DNA from: an uncultured Actinomycetota bacterium
GTDB lineage: Bacteria > Actinomycetota > Actinomycetes > CAVWCF01
Length of the DNA stretch: 64,000 nt
Direction of reading: 5' to 3'
Assembly: GCA_963753435.1 (NCBI GenBank)
Contig: CAVWCF010000001.1
Span: forward strand, 1,120,001 to 1,184,000
Made by a program: the position numbers and the translations under genes. Below are positions 33,187 through 45,242 of this stretch, piece after piece. Each line of letters opens with the position of its first letter. The first letter of the stretch is position 1. Below the pieces are notes generated by a model, which searched no databases, was not told the DNA's origin, and worked only from the letters and a program-made list of their open reading frames with translations.

Positions 33187-35597
33187 GACGCGCCTCCGAT
33201 CTGGACGACGTCGCCGGGCTGGGCGCCAATCGCGTTGATGCGGGACCCGGCGGAGTTGCCTGGCACCCAGACCACACCGTCTGCGGCTGCCACGATCTGC
33301 GCGGGCAAGGTGATCGCCCCGTTCGGCCCGGTGACGGTCACCTCGTCACCGTCGCCAACGCCGATGGCCGTGGCGGTGGCCGCGGACAAGCGGGCGCGAA
33401 CGTCGCGCTGCGTGCCGGCCAGGGCCGATTCGCCGCGCTGCAGCACGCCCTGGTCGAGCAACTGCCGCCACGAGGCCAGCACCACCTGGCCCGGTTCGAC
33501 GTCGGCCGCGGCCGACGCGGGCGCGGTCGGATCGGGTGCGCGCCCGCCGTCCCAGTCACCGAACTCCGCCAGCTCCGACCGCAGCGCGGACACGCTGCCG
33601 GGCCCGAACTCGACGCCGAGTTCGGCGGCCAGCAGTGCGAGCACGCGGCCGTCGGGCACCAGGTCGGACTGCAGCACCGTCTCGAACGGGCGCGGTCGTC
33701 CCTCCCAGTCGACGAACGTGCCGGACTTCTCCGGTGCAGCGGCCACGGGCAGCACGACGTCGGCGTGGTCGAGGACCTCCGAACCGGCAATCTCCAGGCT
33801 GACCACGAAGGCCCGCTGCAACGCCGTCCGCGCCAACTCCGGGTCGGGCAGGTCCGCGATCTCAACACCGCCGACAACCAAGGCCGCCAGGTCCCCGGCA
33901 GCAGCGGCGGCGAGGATTCCGGAGACGTCGCGACCGACCGTCTCCGGCAACGCTTCCGCGCCCCAGACCGCAGCCGCATCCACCCGCGCCGCCGCGTCTG
34001 CGACGGAACGGCCGCCGGGCAGCAGCCCGGGCAGCGTGCCGGCGTCGACCGCACCGCGCTCACCGGCACGTCGAGGCACCCAGGCGAGCCGGGCGCCGGT
34101 GGCATCAGCCAGCCGGATCGCTGCCGACAAGGCGCCAGGGCTAACGGCGAGACGCTCGCCGACGAGCAGGATGGCGCCCTCGGTCTGCAGCGCGTCACCG
34201 GCGGCGGCCGAAATCTCGTCGGCACCGCCGGTGCGCAACGAGTCCAGGACCTGGGCCTCGGTTCCGGGCACGGTCGGGAGCAGGGTGCCGCCGACGCGTC
34301 GCAGCGCGGGCGTTTCGGTGGCGGCGATGTCATAGACACGCAGGCGCCGCTTGCGGGCGGCCTTGCGCAGCCGCAGGAAGAGGATCGGCGACTCCTCCTC
34401 CGGCTCCAGGCCGACCAGGACGACGGCGGGCGCGCGCTCCAAGTCCGCGTAGGTGACGCCGATTCCGTCGCCGGCAACGCGCGCGGCGAGGAACTGCGCT
34501 TCCTCGTCGGAATGGGCTCGCGCCCGGTGGTCGATGTCGTTGGTGCCCAGCACCACGCGGGCGAACTTGCTGTACGCGTACGCGTCTTCAGCGGTCACCC
34601 GGCCACCGGGCAGCACCCCGACCTTGGCGGACTGCAGGCCTTCGGCGGCGGCAATCAGCGCCTCCGGCCAGGAGGCTTCGCGCAGTTCGCCGTCGCTGCG
34701 GACCAGCGGGGTGCGAAGTCGATCGGCGGCGGTCACGTAACGGAACGCGAACCGGCCCTTGTCGCAGTTCCACTCCTCGTTGACCTCGGGGTCGTCACCG
34801 GCCAGCCGGCGCATGACCTTGCCGCGGCGGTGATCCGCACGCAGGGAGCAGCCGGCCGCGCAGTGCTCACACGTCGTGGGGCTGCTGACCAGGTCGAACG
34901 GCCGGGCGCGGAACCGGTAGGCGGCGCTGGTGAGCGCGCCGACCGGACAGATCTGAATCGTGTTGCCGCTGAAGTACGACTCGAACGGGTCGTCCTCGTA
35001 GATGCCGACCTGCTGCAACGCCCCGCGTTCGAGCAACTCGATGAACGGGTCGCCGGCGACCTGGTTGGAGAACCGGGTGCAGCGCGCGCACAGGACGCAG
35101 CGCTCTCGGTCCAGCAGCACCTGCGAGGAGATCGGTACCGGCTTGTCGAACTCGCGCTTCTTGCCTTCGAAGCGGGACTCCGCCGGGCCATCGCTCATGG
35201 CCTGGTTCTGCAGCGGGCACTCGCCGCCCTTGTCGCAGATCGGGCAGTCCAGCGGGTGGTTGATGAGCAGCAGTTCCAGCACGCCGGTCTGCGCCTTGTC
35301 GGCGACCGGCGACGTCGCCTGCGTGCGCACGACCATGCCCTCGGACACCGTGGTCGTGCAGGAGGCCAGCGGCTTGCGCTGCCCCTCGACCTCGACGAGG
35401 CACTGGCGGCACGCGCCGACCGGCTCAAGCAACGGGTGGTCGCAGAAGCGCGGGATCTGCACGCCGATCAGCTCCGCGGCGCGGATGACCAGGGTGCCCT
35501 TGGGCACGGACACCGACACGTCGTCGATGGTCAGCGTGATGAGGTCCTGGGCGGGCAGGTCCGGCGTCCCGGCGTCGTTGGTGGCGATGACTGTCAT
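33183..35597 (-). CDS. nuoG: NADH-quinone oxidoreductase subunit G
   Basis: [43 protein letters not shown]. Confidence 0.97.
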   Translation of the reverse strand: MTVIATNDAGTPDLPAQDLITLTIDDVSVSVPKGTLVIRAAELIGVQIPRFCDHPLLEPVGACRQCLVEVEGQRKPLASCTTTVSEGMVVRTQATSPVADKAQTGVLELLLINHPLDCPICDKGGECPLQNQAMSDGPAESRFEGKKREFDKPVPISSQVLLDRERCVLCARCTRFSNQVAGDPFIELLERGALQQVGIYEDDPFESYFSGNTIQICPVGALTSAAYRFRARPFDLVSSPTTCEHCAAGCSLRADHRRGKVMRRLAGDDPEVNEEWNCDKGRFAFRYVTAADRLRTPLVRSDGELREASWPEALIAAAEGLQSAKVGVLPGGRVTAEDAYAYSKFARVVLGTNDIDHRARAHSDEEAQFLAARVAGDGIGVTYADLERAPAVVLVGLEPEEESPILFLRLRKAARKRRLRVYDIAATETPALRRVGGTLLPTVPGTEAQVLDSLRTGGADEISAAAGDALQTEGAILLVGERLAVSPGALSAAIRLADATGARLAWVPRRAGERGAVDAGTLPGLLPGGRSVADAAARVDAAAVWGAEALPETVGRDVSGILAAAAAGDLAALVVGGVEIADLPDPELARTALQRAFVVSLEIAGSEVLDHADVVLPVAAAPEKSGTFVDWEGRPRPFETVLQSDLVPDGRVLALLAAELGVEFGPGSVSALRSELAEFGDWDGGRAPDPTAPASAAADVEPGQVVLASWRQLLDQGVLQRGESALAGTQRDVRARLSAATATAIGVGDGDEVTVTGPNGAITLPAQIVAAADGVVWVPGNSAGSRINAIGAQPGDVVQIGGAS

Positions 35598-36898
35598 GCG
35601 GGCACCGCCTCGTCGGCGAAGACCGTGGACGCGGCCGGGTCGAACGGGCAGCCGCCGTGCTCGAAGTGGGCCAGGTACTCGTCGCGGAAGTACTCAATCG
35701 ACGAGGTGATCGGGCTGGTGGCGCCGTCACCCAGCGCGCAGAAGGACCGGCCGAGGATGTTGTCGCACAGGTCCAGCAACTTGTCGAGGTCCTCCTGGCT
35801 GCCGTTGCCGGCTTCCAGGCGTTCCAGGATCTGCACCAGCCACCAGGTGCCCTCGCGGCACGGCGTGCACTTGCCGCATGACTCGTGCTTGTAGAACTCC
35901 GTCCACCGCAGCACCGCCCGCAGCACGCAGGTGGTGTCGTCGAAGATCTGCAGCGCCTTGGTGCCGAGCATCGAGCCGGCCTCGCCGACGCCCTCGTAGT
36001 CCAGCGGGACGTCCAAGTGCTCCGCGGTCAGCAGCGGCGTGGACGAACCTCCCGGCGTCCAGAACTTCAGCTCGTGCCCCTCGCGCATGCCGCCGGCGTA
36101 CTCGAGCAACTCGCGCAGCGTGATGCCCAGCGGCGCCTCGTACTGGCCCGGCTTCTGCACGTGCCCGGACAGCGAGTACAGCGTGAAGCCCTTGGACTTC
36201 TCGGTGCCGAACTGGCCGAACCAGTCGACCCCGCCGCGCACGATGGCGGGCACCGAGGCGACGGACTCGACGTTGTTGACCACGGTGGGGCAGGCGTAGA
36301 GGCCCTCGACTGCCGGGAACGGCGGCCGCAGTCGCGGCTGGCCGCGGTAGCCCTCCAGCGAGTCCAGCAGCGCGGTCTCTTCGCCGCAGATGTACGCACC
36401 GGCGCCGGCGTGCACGACCAGTTCCAGGTCGTAGCCGGTGCCGAGGATGTCCTTGCCCAGGTAGCCGGCTTCGTACGCCTCGCGGACCGCGGCCTGCAGG
36501 CGACGCAGCACGTGCAGGATCTCGCCGCGCACGTAGATGAACGCCTGATGCGCGCGGATCGCGTAGGCGGCGATGACGATGCCTTCGACCAGCACGTGCG
36601 GGTTGGCCATCATCAGCGGGGTGTCCTTGCAGGTACCCGGCTCGGACTCGTCGGCGTTGACGACCAGGTAGTGCGGCTTGTCGTCGCCCTGCGGGATGAA
36701 GCCCCACTTCATCCCGGTCGGGAAGCCCGCACCGCCGCGACCGCGCAGCCCGGAGGCCTTGATCAGGTCGATGACGTCGTCGGAGTGCATGTTCAGCGCG
36801 GTGGACAACGCCTCATAACCACCGTGGCGGCGATAGCCGTCGATGGTGAACGAGTCCGGCTCATCCCAATGCGCTGAAAGGACGGGGGTGAGGTTCAT
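35594..36898 (-). CDS. nuoF: NADH-quinone oxidoreductase subunit F
   Basis: [44 protein letters not shown]. Confidence 0.97.
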   Translation of the reverse strand: MNLTPVLSAHWDEPDSFTIDGYRRHGGYEALSTALNMHSDDVIDLIKASGLRGRGGAGFPTGMKWGFIPQGDDKPHYLVVNADESEPGTCKDTPLMMANPHVLVEGIVIAAYAIRAHQAFIYVRGEILHVLRRLQAAVREAYEAGYLGKDILGTGYDLELVVHAGAGAYICGEETALLDSLEGYRGQPRLRPPFPAVEGLYACPTVVNNVESVASVPAIVRGGVDWFGQFGTEKSKGFTLYSLSGHVQKPGQYEAPLGITLRELLEYAGGMREGHELKFWTPGGSSTPLLTAEHLDVPLDYEGVGEAGSMLGTKALQIFDDTTCVLRAVLRWTEFYKHESCGKCTPCREGTWWLVQILERLEAGNGSQEDLDKLLDLCDNILGRSFCALGDGATSPITSSIEYFRDEYLAHFEHGGCPFDPAASTVFADEAVPA

Positions 36899-37552
36899 GC
36901 GTCACCCCCGGGCATGGCCGGGGCGGTTTCGCCGCGTTCCTTGGCGATGCGCAGCCCGACCAGGCTGGCGTCACCGGCGGCAGGACCCTCGCCGGCCAGA
37001 CCGTCCTCGAACCCGGCCAGCACCCGGGAGGCCTGCTTCCAGGTGCACGACCGCCGGGCCGCGGGTGGACCGGACCTCTTCGTCGGACCGCAGTCGGTCG
37101 ACCAGCGCGCGGGCGCTGGCGGGGGTCTGGTTGTCGAAGAACTCCCAGTTGACCATCACCACCGGTGCGTAGTCGCAGGCGGCGTTGCACTCGATGTGCT
37201 CAACACTGACCTTGCCGTCCTCGGTGACGCCATCGTTGGGCAGGTCCAGGTACTCCTTGAGGTCGGCGAAGATCGCATCGCCGCCAAGCACCGCGCACAA
37301 CGTGTTGGTGCAAACGCCAACGTGGTACTCACCGACCGGGCGGCGCTTGTACTGGGTGTAGAAGGTGGCGACCGCGGCCACCTGCGCGGTGCTCAGGCCG
37401 AGTTCGTCGGCGATCACCTCGATGCCCTCGGGCGTGACGTAGCCCTCTTCGGCCTGCACCAGGTGCAGCATCGGCATGATCGCCGAGCGGCTGCGCGGGT
37501 AGCGCGCGATGATCTCGCGCATCTGCGTCCGGGTGGATTCCGTCAGTGCCAT
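36895..37552 (-). CDS. nuoE: NADH-quinone oxidoreductase subunit E (apparent frameshift ~37050)
   Basis: CTNTLC, ECNAACDYAP; another frame continues CTWKQASRVLAGFEDG...SLVGLRIAKE to a TGA overlapping the nuoF ATG. Confidence 0.92.
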
Positions 37553-38952
37553 TACCGGTCAACACCGCCCATCACCGGGTCGAGGGAGGCCACGGCTGCG
37601 ATGACGTCGGCGACCTGGCCGCCCTCGCACATCGCCGGCACGGCCTGCAGGTTCGTGAAACTCGGGTCGCGGAAGTGCACGCGGTACGGCCGGGTGCCGC
37701 CGTCGCTGACGGCGTGCACGCCCAACTCACCGCGGGGGCTCTCCACCGCCGCATACGCCTGACCCGGCGGCACGCGGAAGCCCTCGGTCACCAACTTGAA
37801 GTGGTGGATGAGCGCCTCCATCGACTGACCCATGATCTTGCGGATGTGCTCGAGGCTGTTGCCGATCCCGTCGGCACCGAGCGCCAGTTGGGCCGGCCAC
37901 GCGATCTTCTTGTCCGCAACCATGACCGGACCGGGCTCCTTGAGTCGGTCCAGGCACTGCTCGACGATGTGCAGCGACTGGTACATCTCCTCCAGGCGCA
38001 CCCGGTAGCGCCCGTAGGCATCGGCGCTGTCCCAGGTGGCCACTTCGAAGTCGTACGTCTCATAGCCGCAGTACGGCTGCTCCTTGCGCAGGTCCCACGG
38101 GTAGCCGGTGGAGCGCAGCACCGGGCCGGTGATCCCCAAGGCCATGCAACCTTCGAGATCCAGGTAGCCGATGTCGACGGTGCGGCCCTTGAAGATGGGG
38201 TTGGCGTTCATCAGGTCGACGTAGTCACTCAGTCGCTGCCGCAGCAACTTCACCGCGTCGCTGATCTTGGCGCGTGCGTCGTCGGGCACGTCCTGGGCGA
38301 CACCGCCGGGGCGGATGAACGCGTGGTTCATGCGCAGGCCGGTGACGAGCTCGAACAGGTCCAGAACCACTTCGCGGTCGCGGAAGCCCGACGTCATCAC
38401 GGTCAGCGCGCCGATCTCCATGCCACCGGTGGCCAGCGCGACCATGTGGCTGGAGATGCGGTTCAACTCCATCAGCATCACGCGGATGACGCTGGCGCGG
38501 TCGGGGATCTGCTCGGTGATGCCGAGCAGCTTCTCCACCGCCAGGCAGTACGCGGTCTCGTTGTAGAAGGGCGACAGGTAGTCCATGCGCGTTACGAACG
38601 TGACGCCTTGCGTCCACGTCCGGAACTCCATGTTCTTCTCGATGCCCGTGTGCAGGTAGCCGATACCGCAGCGGGCTTCCGTGACGGACTCGCCTTCGAG
38701 TTCCAGGATCAGCCGCAGCACGCCGTGGGTGGACGGGTGCTGCGGGCCCATGTTCACAACGATGTGCTCGTCGCGAACCTCGCCCACGTCGCGGACCAGG
38801 TCGTCCCAGTCCTGCCCGCTGACGGTGAAGACACGGCCCTCAGTGGTCTCCGTCTGCGGCGCGTAGAAGTCCTGGCCCTCGGCGCCGTCGCTCTTGCCGG
38901 CGCCGTCGCCGGTGCCGTCGCCGGTGGATGTGAAGGTGATGTTCTCGCTCAC
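37552..38952 (-). CDS. nuoD: NADH-quinone oxidoreductase subunit D
   Basis: [41 protein letters not shown]. Confidence 0.97.
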   Translation of the reverse strand: MSENITFTSTGDGTGDGAGKSDGAEGQDFYAPQTETTEGRVFTVSGQDWDDLVRDVGEVRDEHIVVNMGPQHPSTHGVLRLILELEGESVTEARCGIGYLHTGIEKNMEFRTWTQGVTFVTRMDYLSPFYNETAYCLAVEKLLGITEQIPDRASVIRVMLMELNRISSHMVALATGGMEIGALTVMTSGFRDREVVLDLFELVTGLRMNHAFIRPGGVAQDVPDDARAKISDAVKLLRQRLSDYVDLMNANPIFKGRTVDIGYLDLEGCMALGITGPVLRSTGYPWDLRKEQPYCGYETYDFEVATWDSADAYGRYRVRLEEMYQSLHIVEQCLDRLKEPGPVMVADKKIAWPAQLALGADGIGNSLEHIRKIMGQSMEALIHHFKLVTEGFRVPPGQAYAAVESPRGELGVHAVSDGGTRPYRVHFRDPSFTNLQAVPAMCEGGQVADVIAAVASLDPVMGGVDR

Positions 38953-39707
38953 GCGTACCCCCTGCGCTGGTCCGGCGGCGGGATGGTTGCGCCCTTGTAC
39001 TCCACGGGAATGCCACCGAGGGGGTAGTCCTTGCGTTGCGGGTGGCCGACCCAGTCGTCGGGCATCTCGATGCGGGTCAGCGCGGGGTGCCCGTCAAAGA
39101 TGATGCCGAAGAAGTCGTACGTCTCGCGCTCGTGCCAGTCGTTGGTCGGCCACACCGAGACCACCGACGGCAGGTGCGGATCGGAATCGGGGGCAGCGAC
39201 GTCAAGGTTGACCCGGCGGTTGTGCGTGTACGACAGCAGCGGGTAGTGCCCGTGCAGTTCCCGGCCGGTTGACTCCGGGTAGTGCACGCCGGAGACCCCC
39301 ATGCACATCTCAAAGCGCAGGTCCGGGTTGTCCCGAAGGATCTGCGAAACCGGCAACAGGTGCTCACGGCGGATGTGCAGGGTCATGTCGCCGCGGTCGA
39401 TGACGACCTTCTCGACCACGTCGCCCCAGGTCATGCCGGCGGCTTCCAGGGCGGCGGCCAGGGCGTCGGCGACGGCGTCGAAGTAGCCGCCGTAGGGACG
39501 CTCGGACTCCGCGGGGAACACCACTTGCTGCTGCAGACCGCCGTAGCCGGAGGTGTCGCCACTGCCGCTGGCGCCGAACAGCCCGGTGCGCTCGGCGATG
39601 ACCTCACCCGGTTCCAGCGTGTCGGCGGGCACGGGCGCGGCCGCGGTGGTGTCGTCGGCCGCGGCTGCAACTGCGTCGGCCTGGACCGGCGGTGTCTGAT
39701 CGCTCAC
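38949..39707 (-). CDS. nuoC: NADH-quinone oxidoreductase subunit C
   Basis: [31 protein letters not shown]. Confidence 0.96.
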   Translation of the reverse strand: MSDQTPPVQADAVAAAADDTTAAAPVPADTLEPGEVIAERTGLFGASGSGDTSGYGGLQQQVVFPAESERPYGGYFDAVADALAAALEAAGMTWGDVVEKVVIDRGDMTLHIRREHLLPVSQILRDNPDLRFEMCMGVSGVHYPESTGRELHGHYPLLSYTHNRRVNLDVAAPDSDPHLPSVVSVWPTNDWHERETYDFFGIIFDGHPALTRIEMPDDWVGHPQRKDYPLGGIPVEYKGATIPPPDQRRGYA

Positions 39708-40264
39708 CGCAGCAGCCCCTTCATCTGGCTGGTGGGCAGCGCGGTCAGCGCCTCACGCTCGGCGGCCAGTTCGGCCTTGACCTTGTTGGGGCCCAGGGGC
39801 TCGTTGGCGATCTTCTCGTGCAACTTCAGGATCGCGTCGAGCAACATCTCCGGCCGCGGCGGGCAGCCGGGCAGGTACATGTCGACCGGCACGACGTGGT
39901 CGACGCCCTGCACGATCGCGTAGTTGTTGAACATGCCGCCCGACGACGAGCACACGCCCATCGCCAGCACCCACTTCGGCTCCGGCATCTGGTCGTAGAT
40001 CTGCCGCAGGACGGGGGCCATCTTCTGGCTGACCCGACCGGCCACGATCATCAGATCAGCCTGGCGCGGGCTGGCCCGGAAGACCTCCATGCCGAAGCGG
40101 GCCAGGTCGTAGCGACCGGCGCCCGTGGCCATCATCTCGATCGCGCAGCACGCCAGGCCGAACGTGGCCGGCCACAGCGCCGACTTGCGGGCCCAACCGG
40201 CGAACTTCTCCACGGTCGTCAGCAGGACCCCGCTTGGGAGTTTCTCCTCGATGCCCGTAGCCAT
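39704..40264 (-). CDS. nuoB: NADH-quinone oxidoreductase subunit B
   Basis: [27 protein letters not shown]. Confidence 0.97.
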   Translation of the reverse strand: MATGIEEKLPSGVLLTTVEKFAGWARKSALWPATFGLACCAIEMMATGAGRYDLARFGMEVFRASPRQADLMIVAGRVSQKMAPVLRQIYDQMPEPKWVLAMGVCSSSGGMFNNYAIVQGVDHVVPVDMYLPGCPPRPEMLLDAILKLHEKIANEPLGPNKVKAELAAEREALTALPTSQMKGLLR

Positions 40265-40297
40265 CAGCGCGTCACCTCCTTGATACGTCCCACGCGA

Positions 40298-40657
40298 TCA
40301 GTCCCAATCCAGTCCGCCGCGGCGCCACACGAACACGTAGGCGACACCGAGGACCAGGATGAAGAGCAACATCTCGACGAACCCGAACAGCCCGAGGGAG
40401 TCGAACGCGACCGCCCACGGGTAGAGGAAGACGATCTCGATGTCGAAAACGATGAAGAGCATCGCCGTCAGGTAGTACTTGACCGGGAAGCGGCCGCCAC
40501 CGACCGGCTGGTCGGTGGGCTGGATGCCGCACTCGTAGGCGGCAAGCTTGGCCCGGTTGTAGACCCGCGGACCCGTGATCGCGCCGGCGACGATGGAGAT
40601 GAGCGCAAAGCCCGCGGCGATGACGCCGAGCACCACAATGGGCACGACCGGGTTCAT
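40298..40657 (-). CDS. nuoA: NADH-quinone oxidoreductase subunit A
   Basis: AYECGI, FIVFDIEIVFLYPWA, GGLDWD. Confidence 0.97.
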   Translation of the reverse strand: MNPVVPIVVLGVIAAGFALISIVAGAITGPRVYNRAKLAAYECGIQPTDQPVGGGRFPVKYYLTAMLFIVFDIEIVFLYPWAVAFDSLGLFGFVEMLLFILVLGVAYVFVWRRGGLDWD

Positions 40658-40739
40658 GCTCCGTCTCGTCCCTTCCGTCGCGTCCCCCGTGGGCGCGGCA
40701 ATCCTAGGGGCCCGGCAGTGGTGCCCGAGCCGGGTCTGT

Positions 40740-42062
40740 TCAGGCGGCCGGGGCCACCCGCGCCAGGGCGCTGATCAGTTTGTCGTGGACGTCGCCGCCC
40801 TTGGGGTCGGTCAGGTTGGCCAGCAGTTTCAACGTGAACCGCATCAGGGCCGGGTGGCTGAGCCCGCGTTCGGTGGCCAGTTTCATCACCCGCGGGTCAC
40901 CGATCAGCTTCACGAACACGCGGCCGAGCGTGTAGTAGCCGCCCCATTCGACCTTGAGCCGCTGCGCGTAGTTGGCCAGGGCGCGTTCGCGGGCGTCGTC
41001 GGTGGTGCGGGCCAGCGCCTGCACGGCGGTTTCGGCGGCGATGCGGCCGGACTCCATGGCGTAGGCGATGCCCTCACCGTTGAACGGGTTGACCATGCCC
41101 CCGGAGTCACCGAGCAGCATCACGCCGCGGGCGTAGTGCGGGGTGCGGTTGAAGCCCATCGGCAGCGCCGCCCCGCGGATGGGCTCGGTCCGGTTGGCCT
41201 CGCGGTAACCCCAGTCTTCGGGGGTGTTGTCCAGCCACCGCCGCAGCAGTTCCTTGTAGTCGGTCGTCTGGAACGCGGGGGTGGTGTTGAGGATGCCCAG
41301 GCCGACGTTGCTGGTGCCGTCGCCCATGCCGAAGATCCAGCCGTAGCCGGGCAGCAGGTCGTCGCCGTCACGCAGTTCCAGCCAGGACTCCAGCCAGTCG
41401 TCGTCGTGGCGGGGGCTGTTGTAGTACGTGCGCACGGCGACACCCATGGGCCGGTCCGTGCGGGGGCGGCGGCCCAGTGCCAGCGCGAACCGGCTGGAGT
41501 TGCCGTCGGCGGCCAACACCAGCGGTGCGTGGAACTTCAGTTCGCCGTCGTTGTCGTCGGCGCCGGGGCCGTCCGGGGTCGCGCTGTGCTTGCCGGCCGG
41601 GCGGGCGTTGCCGGAGTTGCGAGCGGTCACCCCGATCACCCGGCCGGCCGCGTTGGTGATCGGACCGGTTACGGGGGTGCTGGTGAGCAGGTGCGCGCCG
41701 GCCTTCTCCGCGTGGCGGGCCAGCATCTCGTCGAAGTCGGCGCGACGGCGCACCAGGCCGTAGTCGGGGAAGCTGGCCAGGTCCGGCCACGGCAGGTGCA
41801 GCGTCTGCCCGCCGCCGCGGATCCGCAGCCCCTTGTTGCGCAACCAGCCGGCCTCCGGGCTGGTGTCGATGCCCATGGCGATCAGTTCGCGGGAGGCGCG
41901 GGGGGTCAGGCCGTCGCCGCAGACCTTGTCGCGGGGGAACTCCGTCTTCTCCAGCAGCAGGACGTCGAGCCCGGCCTGGGCCAGCCAGAAGGCGGCGGAT
42001 GAACCGGCCGGACCTGCGCCGACGACGATTACGTCGGCATCAGTGGTGGCGGTCACGGTCAT
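40740..42062 (-). CDS. menJ: Geranylgeranyl reductase family protein (menaquinone reductase MenJ-like)
   Basis: VGAGPAGS, FPRDKVCGDGLTPR, GYGWIFG, GDSGGMVNPFNGEGIAYAM; between menG and nuoA. Confidence 0.85.
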   Translation of the reverse strand: MTVTATTDADVIVVGAGPAGSSAAFWLAQAGLDVLLLEKTEFPRDKVCGDGLTPRASRELIAMGIDTSPEAGWLRNKGLRIRGGGQTLHLPWPDLASFPDYGLVRRRADFDEMLARHAEKAGAHLLTSTPVTGPITNAAGRVIGVTARNSGNARPAGKHSATPDGPGADDNDGELKFHAPLVLAADGNSSRFALALGRRPRTDRPMGVAVRTYYNSPRHDDDWLESWLELRDGDDLLPGYGWIFGMGDGTSNVGLGILNTTPAFQTTDYKELLRRWLDNTPEDWGYREANRTEPIRGAALPMGFNRTPHYARGVMLLGDSGGMVNPFNGEGIAYAMESGRIAAETAVQALARTTDDARERALANYAQRLKVEWGGYYTLGRVFVKLIGDPRVMKLATERGLSHPALMRFTLKLLANLTDPKGGDVHDKLISALARVAPAA

Positions 42063-42151
42063 CCTCGGCTTCGGCGGTTCGGCTGCGGTTGCGGAGTTGG
42101 GCCGCTGGTTCTCGTTGGGCTGCTGGAGCCCATGAGCCCCCGGAATACGGC

Positions 42152-42169
42152 TTGTGAACGCATTCACTA
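42152..42169. promoter_or_regulatory. Rex-like operator upstream of menJ-nuoA-N
   Basis: TTGTGAACGCATTCACTA, one mismatch from TTGTGAA-N4-TTCACAA. Confidence 0.75.
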
Positions 42170-42264
42170 ACGGCTCGCCGAATCCTAACCCGCGCTGCGG
42201 CGTCGCCGCGCCCCGGTTTCGCGCTCGCTGACCGGCTTGCGACCTGATGCGTCGACGAGGTGAA

Positions 42265-42951
42265 TCAGGCGACGGCGCGGTGCAGGGCGACGATCCCGCC
42301 GCTCAGGTTGCGGTAGGCCGGTTGCGTCCACCCGGCCGCAGCGATCCGGTCCGCCAGCTCCTGCTGGTCCGGCCAGGCCTGGATCGACTCGGCCAGGTAC
42401 ACGTACGCGTCCGGGTTGCTGCTGACGCGGCGGGCGATGCCCGGCAGCGCACCCATCAGGTAATCGGAGTAGACGCGGCGGAACGGCGACCAGGTGGGGT
42501 GGGAGAACTCACACACGACCAGGCGCCCGCCGGGGCGGGTGACCCGGTGCAACTCGGCCAGGCCCGCGTCCGGGTCGTTGAGGTTGCGCAGCCCGAACGA
42601 GATGGTGACCGCGTCGAACGCGTCGTCGGCGAAGGGCAGCCGCAGCCCGTCCCCGGCCACGAACGCCAAGTCGGGCTGCCGCGAGCGGCCGACGCGCAGC
42701 ATCCCGAGGCTGAAGTCGCAGGGGACCACGTGGGCCCCGGCGTCGGCGAAGGGACGCGACGACGTTCCGGTGCCGGCGGCCAGGTCCAGCACGCGCTCGC
42801 CGGGTTCGGCGGCAACGGCCTTGACCACGGCCCGACGCCAGACTCGCGTCTGGCCGAGGGAGAGCACGTCGTTGGTGATGTCGTAGCGGTCGGCCACCTC
42901 GTCGAACATGGCCTGCACGTCGTCGGGCTGCTTGCCCAGGTCCGCCCTCAC
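42265..42951 (-). CDS. menG: Demethylmenaquinone methyltransferase
   Basis: [40 protein letters not shown]. Confidence 0.95.
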   Translation of the reverse strand: MRADLGKQPDDVQAMFDEVADRYDITNDVLSLGQTRVWRRAVVKAVAAEPGERVLDLAAGTGTSSRPFADAGAHVVPCDFSLGMLRVGRSRQPDLAFVAGDGLRLPFADDAFDAVTISFGLRNLNDPDAGLAELHRVTRPGGRLVVCEFSHPTWSPFRRVYSDYLMGALPGIARRVSSNPDAYVYLAESIQAWPDQQELADRIAAAGWTQPAYRNLSGGIVALHRAVA

Positions 42952-43045
42952 GCGCGCACCGCCCGGCGCGAGCGCGGGTGTGCAGCCCTGGCCCGGTTCA
43001 GCATGGCGTCATCCTGCCCGGTCGACGCCCCGGCAGGATGCGCGC

Positions 43046-43918
43046 ATGGCGACAGCGGCGCAGTGGTGGGCCGGCGCCCGCCCCCGCACGTTGCCCGCAG
43101 CGGTCGCGCCGGTGGTGGCCGGCACGGGGGCCGCGGCTGCCGTCGACGGCTTCGTGGCGTGGAAGGCCCTGCTTGCCCTGGTGGTGGCAGTGGCCCTGCA
43201 GGTCGGGGTCAACTACGCCAACGACTACTCCGACGGCGTGCGCGGCACCGACGCCGATCGCGTGGGGCCGATGCGGCTGGTCGGGTCCGGGGTGGCGGCG
43301 CCGACGTCGGTGAAACGCGCGGCCGGGGTCAGTTTCGCCGTGGCCGCCGTGGCCGGGTTCGTCCTGGCCGCCACCAGTGGGTGGTGGCTACTGCTCGTCG
43401 GCGCCGCCGCGATCGCCTCGGCCTGGCTGTACACCGGCGGCCCGCGGCCATACGGCTACGCGGGGCTGGGCGAGCTGTTCGTGTTCGTGTTCTTCGGCCT
43501 GGTCGCGGTGGCCGGGACCACTTACGTGCAGGCCGGGCGGATCACCGAACCCAGCGTGCTCGCCGCGATCGGCGTCGGCTTGTTCGCGGTGGCGATCCTG
43601 GTGGCCAACAACCTGCGCGACATCCCGTCCGACAGCCTTGCGGGCAAGCGCACCCTGGCGGTGCGACTGGGCGACCGCAGGACGCGCGCCCTCTACAGCT
43701 TGGCGGTGGTCCTTCCAGTGGGCCCGTTGCTGGGTCTGGCGTATTCGGACTACCCGTGGTTGTGGGCCGGGTTGGTCGCCTTCATCCCGGCGCTGATCGC
43801 TGATCGAGCCGTGCGCCGTGGCGCCGTCGGCGCGGACCTCATCCCGGTCCTGGTCAACACCGGGCGGGCGCTGCTCATCTACGGGATCGCGTTCGGCGTC
43901 GGGCTGGCCATCGGCTGA
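43046..43918 (+). CDS. menA: 1,4-dihydroxy-2-naphthoate polyprenyltransferase
   Basis: GARPRTLP, NYANDYSDGVRGTD, NNLRDIPSD..AGKRTLAVRLG. Confidence 0.95.
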   Translation: MATAAQWWAGARPRTLPAAVAPVVAGTGAAAAVDGFVAWKALLALVVAVALQVGVNYANDYSDGVRGTDADRVGPMRLVGSGVAAPTSVKRAAGVSFAVAAVAGFVLAATSGWWLLLVGAAAIASAWLYTGGPRPYGYAGLGELFVFVFFGLVAVAGTTYVQAGRITEPSVLAAIGVGLFAVAILVANNLRDIPSDSLAGKRTLAVRLGDRRTRALYSLAVVLPVGPLLGLAYSDYPWLWAGLVAFIPALIADRAVRRGAVGADLIPVLVNTGRALLIYGIAFGVGLAIG

Positions 43919-43979
43919 GCCCGGTCGATCGCGCCGGTCCGCTCGCCGCTGATGGCGGCGCCGCCTACGCTCACCGCCT

Positions 43980-45230
43980 GTGACGTCGATGCCCGCCGCC
44001 GCCACCTCGCTGGTCGCCCGCACGTGGGCGGTCGCGGACACCGACCCGCTGCTGACCCGGCTGCCCGCCCAGGGCGGCTTCGCCTGGGTCCACCACCACT
44101 CCGGGCTCGTCGGCTGGGGTGAGGTGGCGCGCCTGCAGGTGCGCGGTCCGGACCGATTCGCCCAAGCGCAGCGGTGGTGGCGGGAGTTGACCGCCCAGGC
44201 CGTCGTCCGCGACGAGGTCGGGGTCCCCGGTTCGGGGCTGCTCGCCTTCGGCTCCTTCGCGTTCGAGGACGCCGACGAGTCCGTGCTGGTCGTGCCCGAG
44301 GTCATCCTCGGTCGCCGCGACGGAATCACGTTCGTCACCGCGATCGCCGCCGGGGACCGGCTGCCGGCCCAGCCGGACCTGCCCGCAGTCGCCGAACCCG
44401 AAGCGCCCGCGGTCACGTTCTCCGACGGGACCCTGCCCGGAGCGGTCTGGGTGGGCATGGTCGCCGACGCGGTCGCCCGCATCGGCCGCGGTGACGTCGA
44501 CAAGGTGGTCCTGGCCCACGACGTGGTCGCCACGGCCGAGCAGCCGTTGGATTGGCGCTGGCCGCTGACCCGGCTGGCGCAGCGCTTCCCCGGCTGTTGG
44601 ACGTTCGCCGTGGACGGGTTGATCGGTGCCAGCCCGGAGATGTTGGTGCGGCTGGAACGCGGCCTGGTCACCTCCCGGGTGCTGGCGGGCACGATCCGCC
44701 GCACCGGCGACGACGCCGCCGACGCAGCGTTGGCCGGGTCGCTGGCCCGCTCGTCGAAGGACCTGGAGGAGCACGAGTACGCCGTCCGGTCCGTCGCCGA
44801 GGCGCTGGCGCCGCACTGCTCGTCGACGTCGCTGCCGGAGGCGCCGTACGTGCTGCACCTGCCCAACGTGATGCATCTGGCCACCGACGTGGCCGGGGTC
44901 ATCGACGACGGTTCGACGTCGCTGGAACTGGCCGCTTCGCTGCACCCCAGCGCGGCGGTGTGCGGGACGCCGACCGAAGCCGCCGCAGCGCTGATCGCGG
45001 AGTTGGAGGACATGCCCCGCGGCCGCTACGCCGGGCCGGTCGGCTGGATGAACACCGCCGGTGACGGCGAGTGGGCGTTGGCGCTGCGCTGCGGTCAGGT
45101 CGACGCCGCGGATCCGGCGCGGGTCCGGCTGTTCGCCGGCTGCGGGATCGTCGCCGGGTCGGACCCGGGCGCGGAGCTGGTCGAAGCCAACGCAAAATTC
45201 CTAGCTATGCGCGAGGCGCTCGGCGACTGA
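43980..45230 (+). CDS. menF: Isochorismate synthase
   Basis: DKVVLA, GASPE, LAGT, KDLEEH, LHPSAAVCG, RGRYAGPVGW, FAGCGIV. Confidence 0.92.
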   Translation: MTSMPAAATSLVARTWAVADTDPLLTRLPAQGGFAWVHHHSGLVGWGEVARLQVRGPDRFAQAQRWWRELTAQAVVRDEVGVPGSGLLAFGSFAFEDADESVLVVPEVILGRRDGITFVTAIAAGDRLPAQPDLPAVAEPEAPAVTFSDGTLPGAVWVGMVADAVARIGRGDVDKVVLAHDVVATAEQPLDWRWPLTRLAQRFPGCWTFAVDGLIGASPEMLVRLERGLVTSRVLAGTIRRTGDDAADAALAGSLARSSKDLEEHEYAVRSVAEALAPHCSSTSLPEAPYVLHLPNVMHLATDVAGVIDDGSTSLELAASLHPSAAVCGTPTEAAAALIAELEDMPRGRYAGPVGWMNTAGDGEWALALRCGQVDAADPARVRLFAGCGIVAGSDPGAELVEANAKFLAMREALGD

Positions 45231-45242
45231 TAGACACGCGGG

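Noticed and set aside
41540-41630. Low-complexity insertion in MenJ (NSGNARPAGKHSATPDGPGADDND)
   Set aside because: Probably a variable surface loop; no intein or repeat signatures.
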